64,000 bases of DNA from Zygnema circumcarinatum SAG 698-1b. Lineage: Eukaryota; Plantae; Zygnematophyceae. A program made the position numbers and the translations under genes. How positions within the stretch are numbered: the first letter of the stretch is position 1; the number at the start of each line of letters is the position of its first letter. The stretch covers positions 3,658,001 through 3,722,000 of the forward strand of contig CM074808.1 in NCBI GenBank assembly GCA_037447605.1. Direction: 5' to 3'. Shown here in pieces: positions 11,532-24,702 of this stretch. The notes beneath the pieces were generated by a model. It was not told the origin of the DNA. It searched no databases and was given only the letters and a program-made list of their open reading frames with translations.

Positions 11532-14500
11532 TTACATCGCGTCAAGCTCAAACTTAGGCATACTAACCCCAAAATTCCTGCGATGCTCTAAGACGAGGAG
11601 CCGAGTGAGGCTCGTAAGAATTCTATGCTCTGAAGTTCGCTCAATGTATGCATGAGCAGGTCCGGTATGTCTTGGCTTTATCTTTATGTTCTGCATGCCC
11701 TTCTTCTGCACTGCAGCGAGAGCCTGTCCCAAAGTGGGGTTCCCTCTAACGCCCATCGCTGCTATCTGAATCTCATAGTGAGCCTTCACTTCTTTGATGT
11801 TCACCTGAATGCATCAACAGTCAAAAAGAAACATGAATTTGGGTCATATGTTTTAAGGAAGGAGAGTGTTCCTTTCTTCTCTGCTTTACTTTACTCTGTT
11901 TACTGGACATATACTTTGAGCTTGCATTGCACTCTGTCATACATTTGAAGCTTCTAAGGCCCATACTTTCAAGATTTTCATCCTAAGTTTGCAACTTAGG
12001 AACAAGCCTTTTCAATCGAGTCAACTATGAACTCTCCCACTCTCTCTTCCTCCCGTAGTCTCTAAAGTCCAAATTTTTCTGCCCGACGGGCAGAAATCTG
12101 CAACACTTAGTCTTGAAACCCTGAAGTTTGTAAAAGTTCACCTTTTCAATCCTTCACAGTAGTATCAAGTTTTTGGAAGTTTCCAGTTTCGTTCTGCTCA
12201 CCAGTTTGATGCCTCCGTTGATTGACTGCAAAGCCGGTCCTCCGAACGGAATTCGTTCCGCGGTACGTTCCAACGCTTCCATTGTCGGCATATGTGTGAA
12301 AACCGTTGCATGCAGAAGTTCTACCTCTTCAGAAGATCCAAAAATTTCATGGCTCGATCCGAGACACATTTCTAATAGCCCCAAAGCCGCTTCTGCCACG
12401 TCAGGAACTCCCGGTATCTACATAAAAAATCCCAAAAAAGAAAAAGAAAAAACAGAGAGCGTTCAGAATTCCGAGTTTCAGTTAATGTATTTAAAAAGTT
12501 GACAGTGAGAGAGGTGTCTATTGAAGTTTTGGAGATGAAGGGATAGATAGAGAGGAGAATCTGAGACGTATGGTGAAAGAAAGAGAGAGAGAGAGAGGAA
12601 GAAAGAGAGAAAGAAAGAAAGAGAGAAAGAAAGACAGAGGCAGAGAGAGCGAGAGAGAGAGAGGGAGAGAGAGCGAGGGGGAAAGAAAAGGCGAGGGGCT
12701 TCACCTGAAATATTTTTTCATCGCTGCACCAATCGCAGATCTGAATGAGAGCCTCCCAAAGAAGCCGAAAGTTGATCGAGTTTGATCCGAAAGGCCTCCC
12801 CTTCCCTCTCACATAGTTCAACACAATTGTGACAACTGTCACGGCCCGGAGGTAAAGGTCCGGGTCCGCAACTTCGGACTTTTTCGCGGGGTCTTCCGCC
12901 AACATAGAAATGACCAAATCCGTAATGACACATGTCAAGCCGCGATGGGTCGAGGGGGCTGCATGGCCGTTGGATTCAGCTCCTGAAAAAGTGCAAAATG
13001 TACATACATATATTTGAATTCATGTATACAGTTTAGGGTTTCCCCACACGCATAAAAAAACCTGAATGCACGGTTCAGGACTGCTTTCGGGTTTCCTCTC
13101 ACCTGAAGTGTTTGAATTTGCTTCAGCCAACTGAACCAAAGTAAAGGTTGTTGGGTCACATCTCAACAAAAAATCGCTTGACACCGGATCTTCAAGTAAG
13201 CATCTTAATATTACAAGAGTAAGTTTTGCCTGAGGAACTCCGTTTAGTGTGGAGGTATTTTTGGCTCCAAGGACATCGGGCAGAAGAAATAGAAAGGCTC
13301 GAAACACATCTCCCCATAGTAAAGCGAGAGCTTGCCCAGGCCCCGGAGTGAAGCCTGCACTTGCCCAAATCTGTTCAACAAATTCAACACAATGTGGGAC
13401 ACGGAACATGCAATCAGAACATAGAACATACAGTTAAAAGGATGTCTTTCGGACCCATTGTTTTTTATAGGATTTTGATGGTGTGCGTATGTGTATGTAT
13501 GTATACGTGGAGGGTTGGTGAAGGGGGATGTATGCGGATGTGAATGCGAATGTGACGTGAAGTGATGGGTCTTTCCACCGAATACATGTGTCAACTTCTG
13601 AACAAGCTGTTAATAAGATTGTTATTATGACCAGCACATAGTTATAAGATTTGAGTGGAAAACAAAGACTAATGAAGGGGAAAGAGAGCAAACTTACCAT
13701 TGATGATTTCATGGCTGGATTGAGATATATCAAAACGTACAGCAAAGCAACGCCGGCTGTCACATTCGACCATCCAAGGTCGATTCTCGCCTCAGAAGCC
13801 GCCATGTCAGTGCCACCTGGCGCGCTCCCATTGGCCGTAACCCCTCCCCCTCCCGGAAGGGCCAATCCCAGCCATGCATGAGCATAGCTGAAAATAGTCC
13901 CATTGCTGGCAGCTGACGATTGGCTCAACTGTTGCTGAACGGGGGCCCCTCCCGCTCTCTTCTCGTTAGGGCGGGAGAGGAGGCTACTGGCAGCGTGAAG
14001 GAGAGGGAGGACAAGAGTGGTAGAGGAGCCCAATCTTTCAGCATATATGTTGGAAGACTCTCTCCAGAGGAGGAGTAGGAGGAGGACAATACTAGAGTCC
14101 AGCTCCAGCCTTTGCCGTTCATCCGGGATCTTGATGGTGAGAACGGATACAAGAGCATCGCTTATATCGTGCACGAAGCAGTAGCTGGCAATGAAGTTTG
14201 TGTTCACATTATCTGTGGCGGTTAAGATGATAAGAAAGAGCCTGAAAAGAACGAGAGGAAAGGAGCTAAAACAAACTCAGAAAGAGTCAAACCTTGGGAG
14301 GTAGCTCATGGGTGAATGAACAGAGCAGAGCAGTGGATGGTTGGACTTAAGGGCCTGATGAGGAAGGATTTCAGTGACGAATCCCGCACTGCCAGGTGGA
14401 CTCTGACATGCAACGATTGGCCGAGTCGGCTGAGGCAAGGACCACTGACCAATCACCTGAGCCCGAGTGCTTTGATGAGTGTTGGCACATCGTCACGAGT

Positions 14501-15920
14501 GAGAAGAGTTGCGACATCACAAATAAGGCGCTTGAAGAAAGGGTCCGCATTCTCGGTCGAACCCGCCAATAGTGTGATGATAGTAAAGCCCTGCCAACAT
14601 TCAAACATACACTTTAAACTATCAGCACACAACAAATCCTTTAAAAACGGCGAAGGAAAGAGTTGCTCAACATATTGTGAACCATGTTTCAAAGCTCAAG
14701 TGAGAGGTGAGGCAAGCCTTGCCATGGCATTATCACTCTCTTCAAGCCGGAATTTGAATTAGCGTGGAAAACAATCACATCCCTTGTGCAATTGGATACG
14801 ATCTTTCGCCCCAACCCAAGTTATCACCTGTTCGTTGAAACGCTTTCGAAAAATTTCTCGTAACAATATTGTCAGTGTCTCTAAAGCATGTGCTACTCGA
14901 ATGAAGCTTACGTCATTCAAATACCTGCAACTCTTCCCCCACAACCAATTTTTTCTTGTCTGAGAACTCCGCTTTGTGCTCTGATGAGGGTCATCGAGGT
15001 CTCTGCATGCATATTGCCGGTGGGTCTCACTATTTACCAGCTTTAGCAGTCAATTTTATGACTACTTAAAGCGAAAATGCTAAGTTCGAAGTCCACTGTT
15101 TTCCTGTGATTATGTGCTATCAGGTGCAGCATAATTGTGGGATGCAGAAAAAAGTACCGTACGCAAGTGCCTATAAGGTCATTCATAGTATTCCTTAAAG
15201 GGCCTGCCAACTGATCCTCCGGTGTCCGAGCCACACATTGTGCCAGAAAAGCCTCATTCACCTGCATGGCCCCATCCTTGCAGTTATTGCACCGCTAACG
15301 CCGTCAATTCTTACAGATGCTCCTACGGATGATGCTTCAGTACCTCTCCCTACTCCCTCCCAGATCTCCCTCTCCCTCTCCCTCGTCCATCCTCCCCTTT
15401 CCACTACCCTCCCTCCCGCAACCGCCTCTCCACCTTCCTCCCTCTCCCAAACTCCCTCACCACCCTCCCTCCCGGACCCCCCTCTCCATCCTCCCTGCCT
15501 CCCTACCACTCCCGTCGCTCTCACTCTCTCACCACCGTCCCTCCTGCAACCCCCTCTCCACCTCCCTCCCTCTCCCTCTGCCCTCTTCCTTCCCTCTCCT
15601 CACTCTTCACCATCCTCCGTCCCGCACCCCACTCTCCATCTTGCTCTCTCTCTCCCAACCACTGCCCTCTCTACCTTCCCTCTCCCTCACTCTCTCCCTA
15701 CCTTCAGCAGCAGAAGCTCATCGCAGAACCGCCGCAGCGATTGCCGCCCTGCAAATCCTTCATCCCTAGCAGTCTGAATAGGACTCTTTCCTGCGAATAT
15801 GTCTTCATATAGAGAAACAAACTTCTCCTTTAAGGCAGGCCGCAGTCCAGACCGCGATCCCTGACGCCGCTGTACCAGACCGGCGCTGTTTGCAGGAGCG
15901 CTGCTTGAAGAGGTCCACAT
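11532..15920 (-). CDS. ARMH3 / C10orf76 (DUF1741)-like protein, multi-exon; first exon 15702-15920, last about 11532-11800
   Basis: N-terminal LRPALKEKFVSLYEDIF...FCDELLLLK|VNEAFL resembles the conserved ARMH3 start (PLKEKVVLMYDEIF...FWEELFLMKVN, from recall). Coding-like minus-strand segments continue with GT-AG borders. Internal exons were not all resolved. Confidence 0.72.
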
Positions 15921-16024
15921 ATTTCAATCTGAGAGGCTTAAATTTTAATGGATCTCACTTGAAAAAAATTGCGGTAGGAAAAGTTTGTGGTAATACGAGA
16001 TGCTGAACTTGCTTGCTTGCTTGC

Positions 16025-16026
<2 letters not shown>

Positions 16027-16074
<48 letters not shown>
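16027..16074. repeat. (GA)n microsatellite
   Basis: Uninterrupted GA dinucleotide run. Confidence 0.95.
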
Positions 16075-16076
<2 letters not shown>

Positions 16077-17095
16077 CTAGAGTGCATGTGCATATGTTAT
16101 AGCATGGCATGGCATGCCCACCATGCGCTCAGGCATGCGCCATGCCATGCCTGCGTCCTCCATTGCCCTCTTTCCCCTACTCCATCCTCCTGCAAATTAG
16201 GGTTCCGCTTCCCAGGCTTTATAAAAGCAAGACTTACCCTACCCTACCCTAGCGTACCCTAGCACCGAGGAATTTGAACAGAAAAGTCGTTCTTGAGAGA
16301 ATTCAATAAGCATAAACCATTAAATATTTGCAATTTTATATCCACTTGGCACATTGCGTTTTCATTGGTTCATTTTTTCCAACCGGTTGACGGCCAGGTT
16401 GCAAACTGAGGCCAAAAAGTTTGCAACCTCGGAACGAAGTTCTTCAACTGCTTGAGCTTCAACCGCCCACACGTGCGACAGTTCGTCAGCAAAGTTTGAG
16501 CCACGTCAGCAAAAATACCCAAAGGTGTCCGTCCACACGTGTCGGTTCGGCTCCTTCAAAAAGGCGCAAACCCTAGCTCGGATCTATGCGATAAGCGTTC
16601 AATCACAGTTACAAAACCGGTTCTCTGTTACTCGCAACAAGAGATCGCACATGGATCGGTCGGCATTCGTGCAGTTCTTTTACTGGAACTGGCGACACGG
16701 AACTGTTTGCGCGACCAAAAGCCCTTCGAGCACCAACTGCCATTCGCGTCCGTACGGACAAACTTAACAGGAAAAACGGCCGTTGGTGCTTCTGGTAACG
16801 TACGAGTATAAATACCGTTACCTTACAATTTACCGTTGAAATTACCCACCGTACGGTCTGAACTCTCAACTTTTTCCCTCTGTTTTGGATGGTTCTCCGA
16901 ATCTGGACTCCGAGTTTGCTTTTCTATGTAACTGACGACACATTTGAAAGCTTAGTTCAACGGCCATTTTAAAAACAAGAATCCATGTGATGCTCTGTCG
17001 TTCTGTGTCCAACAGCAGGTGAGTTTTACATGGGAAATAATGAATCTTCACCAATTTTGTTTTTTGTTTTTTTCTTTCCAAGAATTGAATAATTA

Positions 17096-17372
17096 GGGGG
17101 AGTCAGACCTTGACCAGCGCCAAACCAATTCCGCGAGCCCGTCGGGCCAATTCCGCATTGTACGGCAGGCCTTTTCCGCCAAAAGTGAACGTTCGACAGG
17201 CTCGGGCGCCGAGCCTGTATCTCATTTTTGTAACCTATTTCGAAGTACGGACGGGACAGACAGGTTCGGGGGGAGCCGCGGTTTCCGAACCGAATTCTGC
17301 AATCGAAATCAATACCTTTCCGCCGGCGGAATCTTTCAATTCCGCGGGCGATGGTCAAGGTCTGACTCCCCC
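17096..17372. mobile_element. 277-bp MITE, copy 1 (near-identical to 33710-33986)
   Basis: TIR GGGGGAGTCAGACCTTGACCA / TGGTCAAGGTCTGACTCCCCC with TA on both flanks. Same length and almost the same sequence as 33710-33986. Confidence 0.92.
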
Positions 17373-17933
17373 TAATGTAGACACAAGAAATTGACCCCAC
17401 TGCAGTGCAGACCTGCACTTACCCATGTACTCATTGCGCTGAAAGGATCCTTGAGAGCACAACACACAGTCAATGCATTCATTTTAATTCACAACCCCAA
17501 AATCCAAAAGCTCAATTCAGTATGTACAGGCAAAAAGCTTCCTTGCAGTACAAAAACAGATGAAGCTTTTCAGAAAGTGAAGGGGCGCCCTCTTCTCATT
17601 CATCTGCAGAGCAGAGGCTCCTCAAACAGCAACGATTAAAATGGTAATGTAATGTACACCTCCCCTCCTGCTTAGCTTCTTCCTCCCTCCCCTACAGCAG
17701 ACAGTAAATCGAACTCAACGGTTTCCCAACGACACAATAAAAGTGATTTTTTACATATTTGGGACCTGCTAAGCAACCTATTATTCACTGAACCTTCACA
17801 GCTATCTTTCCTCCAAAAAATTCTGCACCTATCTTGCCTCCTGTACCGTAATGCTGTGAACTTTTTGACCGGTTTAAACCCCTCACATAGCTCACAGTTT
17901 TCCGAACCAAAATGTAAAAGAAAAATTATAGCC

Positions 17934-20900
17934 CTAACTTCCGCATGAAAGACACTCGTCCTTATTTTCCAAGGAGCAGACAATGGCCGACATCTTCGCC
18001 TCCAACTCCTCGGCCACATCCTTCACCGCTCTCTCTTGATTCTTCTGCACTCAAAACCACTCAAAAGAGACCGACTATTAGACAACATCCAAAGGCGAAC
18101 ACCTTCCTCCATCCTGGGAAGTTTATCTTTAAAAAAGAAGAAACAGACTAAATTACATACCGCTAAGTTAATAGCAGATTGGTCAACGGTGAATTTGATC
18201 GCATCTGCAGCCGACCGTGATCGCAGATAATACATCCCTGTTTTCAAACCCTGCACAATCAATCACCCTCGTGCATGTCAATTTGAATGACCAAAAAAAG
18301 TACATGGAAAAGCCGCTTTTCGCAGTCCAAAAAGTAAATTCTGTCATGCTTTGGAGCTATGCTTACCGATCTCCAGGTGTGGAAGTGCAACGATGTCAAC
18401 TTTCCAAAATTTGGCTGCTCCAAGTGAATGTTCAGACTCTGACTTTGGTCAATAAAGGCTCCACGTTCGGCTGCCATATCGACAATCGTCCGCTGCTTGA
18501 TCTCCCACACAGTTCTGCAGAGCAAAACCAACAGATGCTTAATCACATGGAATACACTCTTGAGCAAAGTCTCGTGGAGGTTATATTCAGAAGGAATCAA
18601 GCAGCCTGAGCTGAAAGATAGAACAGAGCTTCAAACAGATTTCAGCTGCATAGAGATCCAACGTACTTGTAAATGGCCTTCAGGTCTTCTGGAATTTCGG
18701 GCGTATGTTGCACCGACCCATTGTGATAGATAACACTATTCTTCACCTCCGGTGTCCAAATTCCCATCGCCACGAGGTCACTCAGCAAGTGCTTGTTCAC
18801 AACCACGAACTCTCCACTGCACACAAGAAAGAAAAAAATCAGTGAGCAGTGTATGTTAACATTCACTTGCGTTCAGCCAATTAGGTTACGAAAATAAATA
18901 TGAGACATGGGTCACTGATATATTGTTGGTTCAAGTAGCGACATTTTGGTGCTGAAGGATGCTTTGAAACTAGCATAAGAGTCATATTATACCTCAGCAC
19001 ACGACGAGAGTAGATGTTGGAAGTGTAAGGCTCAAAGCATTCGTTGTTCCCGAGGATCTGACTGGTCGAGGCAGTGGGCATGGGAGCGATCATCAAAGAA
19101 TTTCGAACCCCATGTTCTTTTATCATGCTTCTAAGCTCTGGCCATGACCACCGGTCAGTGGTCAGTGGTTGGTCCTTTGGTTTCGTCCACATATCAGGTT
19201 GCACGATGCCCTGCACACAACAATAAGAACGAATCTATAAGGGCACAAATTCACCGCTCTATAAGGTCACACATCCAGCAATAAAGCAATTAAAGGAAAC
19301 AAGATTCTAAGCTGCATTGCCCCCAGTAAGTGCGGAAGACCTGTCAAACAGATTCCAGAGATTCACATACCTTGCTTATTGGGCTGCCCTCGTATGAATC
19401 ATAAGTCCCCTCTTCCCGTGCCAGTTGACATGAAGTGAGGAGAGCGTGGTAGTAGATGGTCTCAAAGATGTCTTTGTTTAGCTGACGAGCCTGCATCCCA
19501 TCACCACAGACCAAAGCCTTCCAAATCAAGCCCCTGAAGCCAGAATCGACGAGTAGAAAAGAAAGCACTTTTACCAACAAAAAAGTTCAACAAGAGCAGA
19601 AAATTACCTCTGGTGAATCAAATGCAAGTCCCAGGAGTATGAACGTGTCTGCCAGCCCTTGCACTCCGATGCCAAGGGGCCTGTGCCGCATGTTGGACGA
19701 TCGAGCTGCTTCAGTTGGATAGAAGTTCACATCTATAACCCGATTCAAGTTCCGAGCCACCACTTGTGTGATCTGCATGAAGACATCAAACCATCTGTCA
19801 CATTCTTTGGTAGTTGTAGGATTCTTCCCTGAAACTTATTAAACAGGCCCAGTCTAAGATACTACTCCATTTTGCCTTCATGCAGCAGCGTCAATCGATT
19901 CCCGCAGTTTCAGGCTTTAAAAACTACATAAGATCAACTCGGAAAACAAGTTCTCACCTCTCCCAGTTTTTCAAAGTCAAAATGACGGTTCATGTGTCCT
20001 CTGCTCCCAATCAGCTTCTGCTCCATAGGTACTCCCTGAAGACATTGGGGAGCCATAATGAAATGATGAGTGATCTTCAAGACTATGAATGGTTCTGTAC
20101 AGAAAGAGATGCAGATGCCGAGTGTACGCTGATAAAAGCAAAACTAATAGACACTCACCTGTTCTCGAACAAAGCGTGGAAGAGCAATGGACGCAAGATT
20201 ACAAACGGCAGTCTCTGTGGGGCTCGTGTACTGAATAATCTCTGTGCACAGGTTAGACGATTTGATGGTTCCAAGGTTCTTCTGGTTGCTTTTCTTATTG
20301 CAGGAATCCTGCACAGAAACAAACATCAAGCTTTTTCAACATATAAGCATCCACCAAAACAAATACTGGACAGCAGACGAAATCAAACCAAACACTCAGG
20401 CGCCTTTGCAGCAAAACCTGATCGTAAGCTGTCCAGTAGATAAGAGAGCTACGAGAGCGAAAGCAGAACTGGACAGCCTTAACTCCGCTCAACATAAATC
20501 ATCATCAGGCATACCTTGTAAAGCATGTAAGGGTTGCCAGTTTCAATTTGAGCTTCAAGAATGGCAAACCATAACTTTTGCGCTGGCACCACCTTCTTTG
20601 CTTTTCCCTGCACATACAGATCAAACAGTTCACATGAGCTATGGATTCCAGCTTTCAGATGGACATGCTTGTTCCAAGACTTCCCAGCATTTCCAAAAAG
20701 CAGAGGCATAGCAAATCTAGAAAGTAAGGAGCAAGTGCATTGGGAACCTTAAATAGCCAAAAGCTTATCAGAGGCAGGCTCTACCTGCTCCTCATACTTC
20801 GCATACAGCTTTTCGAATTCTTCTCCCCAGCAATCTGCAAGTCCAGGAGCTTCATTCGGACAGAAAAGTGACCATTGTTTATTTTCTTCTACACGATTCA

Positions 20901-23493
20901 TGAATAGATCCGGCACCCATAGACCATAAAAGAGATCGCGTGCTCGGGCCTCCTCCTGTAATGAGGAGACAAACAAGGCCATTAATGATGACGCCGCTGT
21001 TTTCAATACTCTACAGGGGCAGCTGCACATTAAAAAACAGTGCCATTCGAATTCAAAAGAGTCGACTTAAACAGACGCATAAGCAAACCTAAGTACAGTA
21101 GACAAATGTGCAAACCAGTGAAGTGACATAAGCCTGGAAAAAGTCATCAACATGCTGAAAATAAAGGCAGGGCAAAAACTAAGGAAGCATTTTGTCAACG
21201 CGCACCTTCCCATGATTTTTCCGCAAGTCTAACCAATCAAAGACATCCGCATGCCATGGCTCCAAATACACGGCGAACGCTCCTGCAAAGACCAAAGGAA
21301 CAGTCAATCAATCAGAATAAGCGTGCCTTCTTCCGCACAAGTTGACTTAAGTTAACCAACGGAACAGGGCGATCGCACTATGAAGTAAATCTACCCTGTC
21401 AAACATATGTCTACCTTTGCTTGCAAGATGAGCCCGCGGTATATAAATTTTAAACCTGCTACAGTTCCGCAACCGTATAGCACTTACAATCCCGTTACAG
21501 TTAAGGAAATTTCTCTGGCAACACTAGATGCTTCTTCTAAAGTTTAGATGTAATCCAAAATGATATCGATTTCCAACTCGTCGTCATGCGACCTTCATGT
21601 TTCTCCGTTTTTCAAGCAACAGTTACTCACCCTTGCGCTTGCCTCCTCCCTGGTCTACATATCTTGCTGTATCATTAAAGACCCTCAACATAGGCACAAT
21701 TCCATTAGATGTTCCATTCGTGCCCCGAATGTAGCTGCTGGTCGCCCGAATATTGTGTATCGACAGCCCAATGCCACCGGCACTCTTGCTGATGACAGCA
21801 CACTCCTTCAAGGTATCATAGATGCCTTCTATGCTGTCCTGTTTCATGCATACAAGGAAGCAGCTGCTCAACTGCAAACAACAACAACAACACAGAACAG
21901 CATTATCCCAATCAGTCCCCGCGTCTTTTGCATTTACTGTTATGATACATACTTTTACCAGAACCAGCATTATTAAAAAACTTTACATTTTTTAAGTTTC
22001 CAGTATCCAAAAGAAGCAATCGCCACATCCTGGCAGCAGGCGCCCCAAAGAGCTGATAAGAAAGAATTCTCACCTGCGGCCTTTCAGTCCCCGCATTGAA
22101 GAGTGTAGGCGATGCATGTGTGAACCAGCGCTGAGACATCAAGTGATAGGATTTGATCACCGCTTCGATATCGGTCTTATGTATCCCCACAGCGACTCGC
22201 ATCAACATATGCTGAGGCCTCTCCACCACCTTCCCATTGACTTTGAGAAGGTACGACCTGTCAAGAGTTTTGAAGCCGAAGTAGTCGTAGTCGAAGTCGC
22301 GGTCGTATATGATCTCACTGTCCAATCGCTCCGCATTCTGACGAAAAATAAACCAAGGACAGAAATAAGAAGGGAGAAGAGGAAGCAATCAAAACATGCC
22401 TTCAACATATTCACAAAATGTAGAAACTATCCCTTCCCCTTCTTCTGCTCTATACCTTCACTTACTGAAAGGATAGAGAAGAGGGAGAGAGAAAGAGAGA
22501 AAAAAAAGGGTACCTTCATAATTATCTGAAAGACATCATCTGCTATCAGAGGCGCCTTCAGCCCTGACTCAAAATTGACGTGGTTATACATTTTCTTGAC
22601 CCTGCAATCACATGCAGAAAAAAATGTACATAAAGCAGAATTAGCATATGCATTGCTCCCATTGCAGGTTTGAGCGTGCTGGAATACAGTTAAAACCCAA
22701 GTTGACTAAACCTCATCCACCCAAGTTGACTAAACCTCTTCCACCCAAGTTGACTAGAAAGCAGCTAAAGACAGCCCTCTCTCTTCCCTTCCTTCCTCCC
22801 CCCCCTCTCTACCCCCACTCTCTTCCCTCTCTTCCTCCTATTACCGCCCCTTTCCCTCCCCTCTCCTTTCGTCCTTCCCTCTCCCTCCCCTTGCCTCTTC
22901 CTCCCCGCAAATTTCCCTCTCTCGTTCTGTGAACACCACGACTGACAATTATAAATAACTTACGTCTCTGAAAACGACTTCATGGTATTCTTGTGAAGAT
23001 TAGAAACTGCAATCCTCGCCGCCAGCTGCAGTACACGCCAAAGTGACAGAGTTCAGGCAACAGACCCAGCGTTCAAGCGTTTCAAATTAAAAAACCAAAA
23101 CTAATAAGAAACCAAAAAAACTAAAACTAAAAACACCCTGCAACCTTGGCATTAAAGTAATTAAAAGGTAATTTACATTATGCATTTTAAAAAAGGAACA
23201 GGAAACCACCAAAGCACTAAACAATTAATTAAGTAATATACAGGTAAATGTAAAGATGATCTGACCACGGCATAGTCGGGGTGCGAGGCGGTCATGGCGG
23301 CAGCAGTCTCAGCCGCGAGCTCATCCAGCTGGCTCGTGGTAACCCCCTTGTACACGCCCGCGCAGACCTTCTGCGCCACCGCGCAGGGGTCGCAGTGCTC
23401 GCTGTTCAGCCCATAGCTCAGCTTCTTCAGCCGCGCCGTTATCTTGTCGAAATGGACCGACTCGTGCCTCCCATCGCGCTTAATCACAAACAT
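17934..23493 (-). CDS. RNR1: Ribonucleoside-diphosphate reductase large subunit (class Ia), multi-exon
   Basis: ATP cone [68 protein letters not shown] and C-terminal CLSCGS*. Canonical GT-AG introns at the junctions traced. Confidence 0.98.
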
Positions 23494-24085
23494 CGTGCCC
23501 CTCTCTCACTCTCTCACTCTCTCACTCTCTCTCTCTCACTCTATCTCTCTCTCTCTGCTTCACGCTCGCCTAATAGGCAAGAGCAAGAAGTAAGAAGAAT
23601 TTAAATAGCTGGGGAAGAATTCTGTTCTGTTCTGTTGGAAAATTCAAGTTAGAAAGCCTCCCGCAGCTGAAGCTTCACGAAAAGAGTAGAAGACGCGCTC
23701 AGCCTGCTGTGCACCACGACTGCGCTATGAAGCCACGCAGTGAGAGGCTCACTACCGCTGCGAGATCAAGCTGCTGCAACGACAAGCCTTTATACAACTG
23801 TAGAGCGCGTCGTCCTGAAGAAAACCCACTTCTTACTCTTTTGAAATTGGGTTCAAATTTGAATGCCGCCATAGCCCGCCCTCGCAGCTCTCTAACGAGG
23901 AAACGAAAAGCCTTCACTCAAACAGAGGGCTCAGCGCGGGAGAGCGAAAAGGGGAGGCCGCCTCCCCGTGAGAAAGGCGGGGAGGCCTCCTTTTGGGCGA
24001 AACGCGATCTCAGCCGTCGATCGCAGGAATCAACGGTAGAGATGAGGCCGATCTCGATCCGGCGTCGCGCAGATTTGAAATCCGA

Positions 24086-24316
24086 TTTGGCGGCCGCCCC
24101 GCGCTTCACGAACACGCAGAGGGGCCGCCGGCGGGAACAAGAGGGGGACGTTTCGGCCAATGGAAGACTGCCACGTCTGCATTTTGATCACGTGGCACAA
24201 TATAATTAGACGATGGGTCGTACGGACATCGAGAACTTCTTGGCGAACTTTTTTGTATTTGTTAGCAGTAGGAAAGCGAAGTTGAGCGGTAGGAAAGCGA
24301 ACTAGTTCGCGGGAAA
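24086..24316. promoter_or_regulatory. Two E2F-consensus sites in the RNR1 / O-FucT intergenic region
   Basis: TTTGGCGG at 24086-24093 and GCGGGAAA (reverse of TTTCCCGC) at 24309-24316. Plant RNR genes are known E2F targets. Confidence 0.5.
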
Positions 24317-24702
24317 ATGTGTACGGAAGACAGAATTTTTTTGGGGCTGCGAACTTTTCTGTACTTTGGGCCAATAGGGAGGGGGACGAAGCGGCGGGTG
24401 TGTCGGTGGAGCCAATCAGTGGCGAGTTCAGAGACCCAACCAGCATCTGCCACGTGACTGTATGTATTGACGGTTCCATGTGTGAACTGAGAGCTCTAAA
24501 CTGAGAGTGCCTGGAACATGTGAACAGTTCCAGAATCTGTTTTACGGGGAAGAAACTACGAACTATGCAAATTAGGGTTTGATGCTTGCTCTTTTTTTTG
24601 CTCCGAGGGTGAAAAGAAACGAAGAGGAAATGATGAAATGGGGCGCAGAGGAAGAAACTAATTTTTTGTGGGGCATGTTTGTAATTATTTTTGAGGCCTG
24701 TG

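Noticed and set aside
16085-16152. CATG-rich clusters (also about 9660-9720 and 63375-63435) as RY elements or miRNA hairpins
   Set aside because: Stems are short and low-complexity, and no functional support is visible from sequence alone.
17934-23493. Viral or horizontally acquired RNR, or an intein in RNR1
   Set aside because: The gene is intron-rich, plant-like and collinear with normal R1, with no insertion at the junctions traced.
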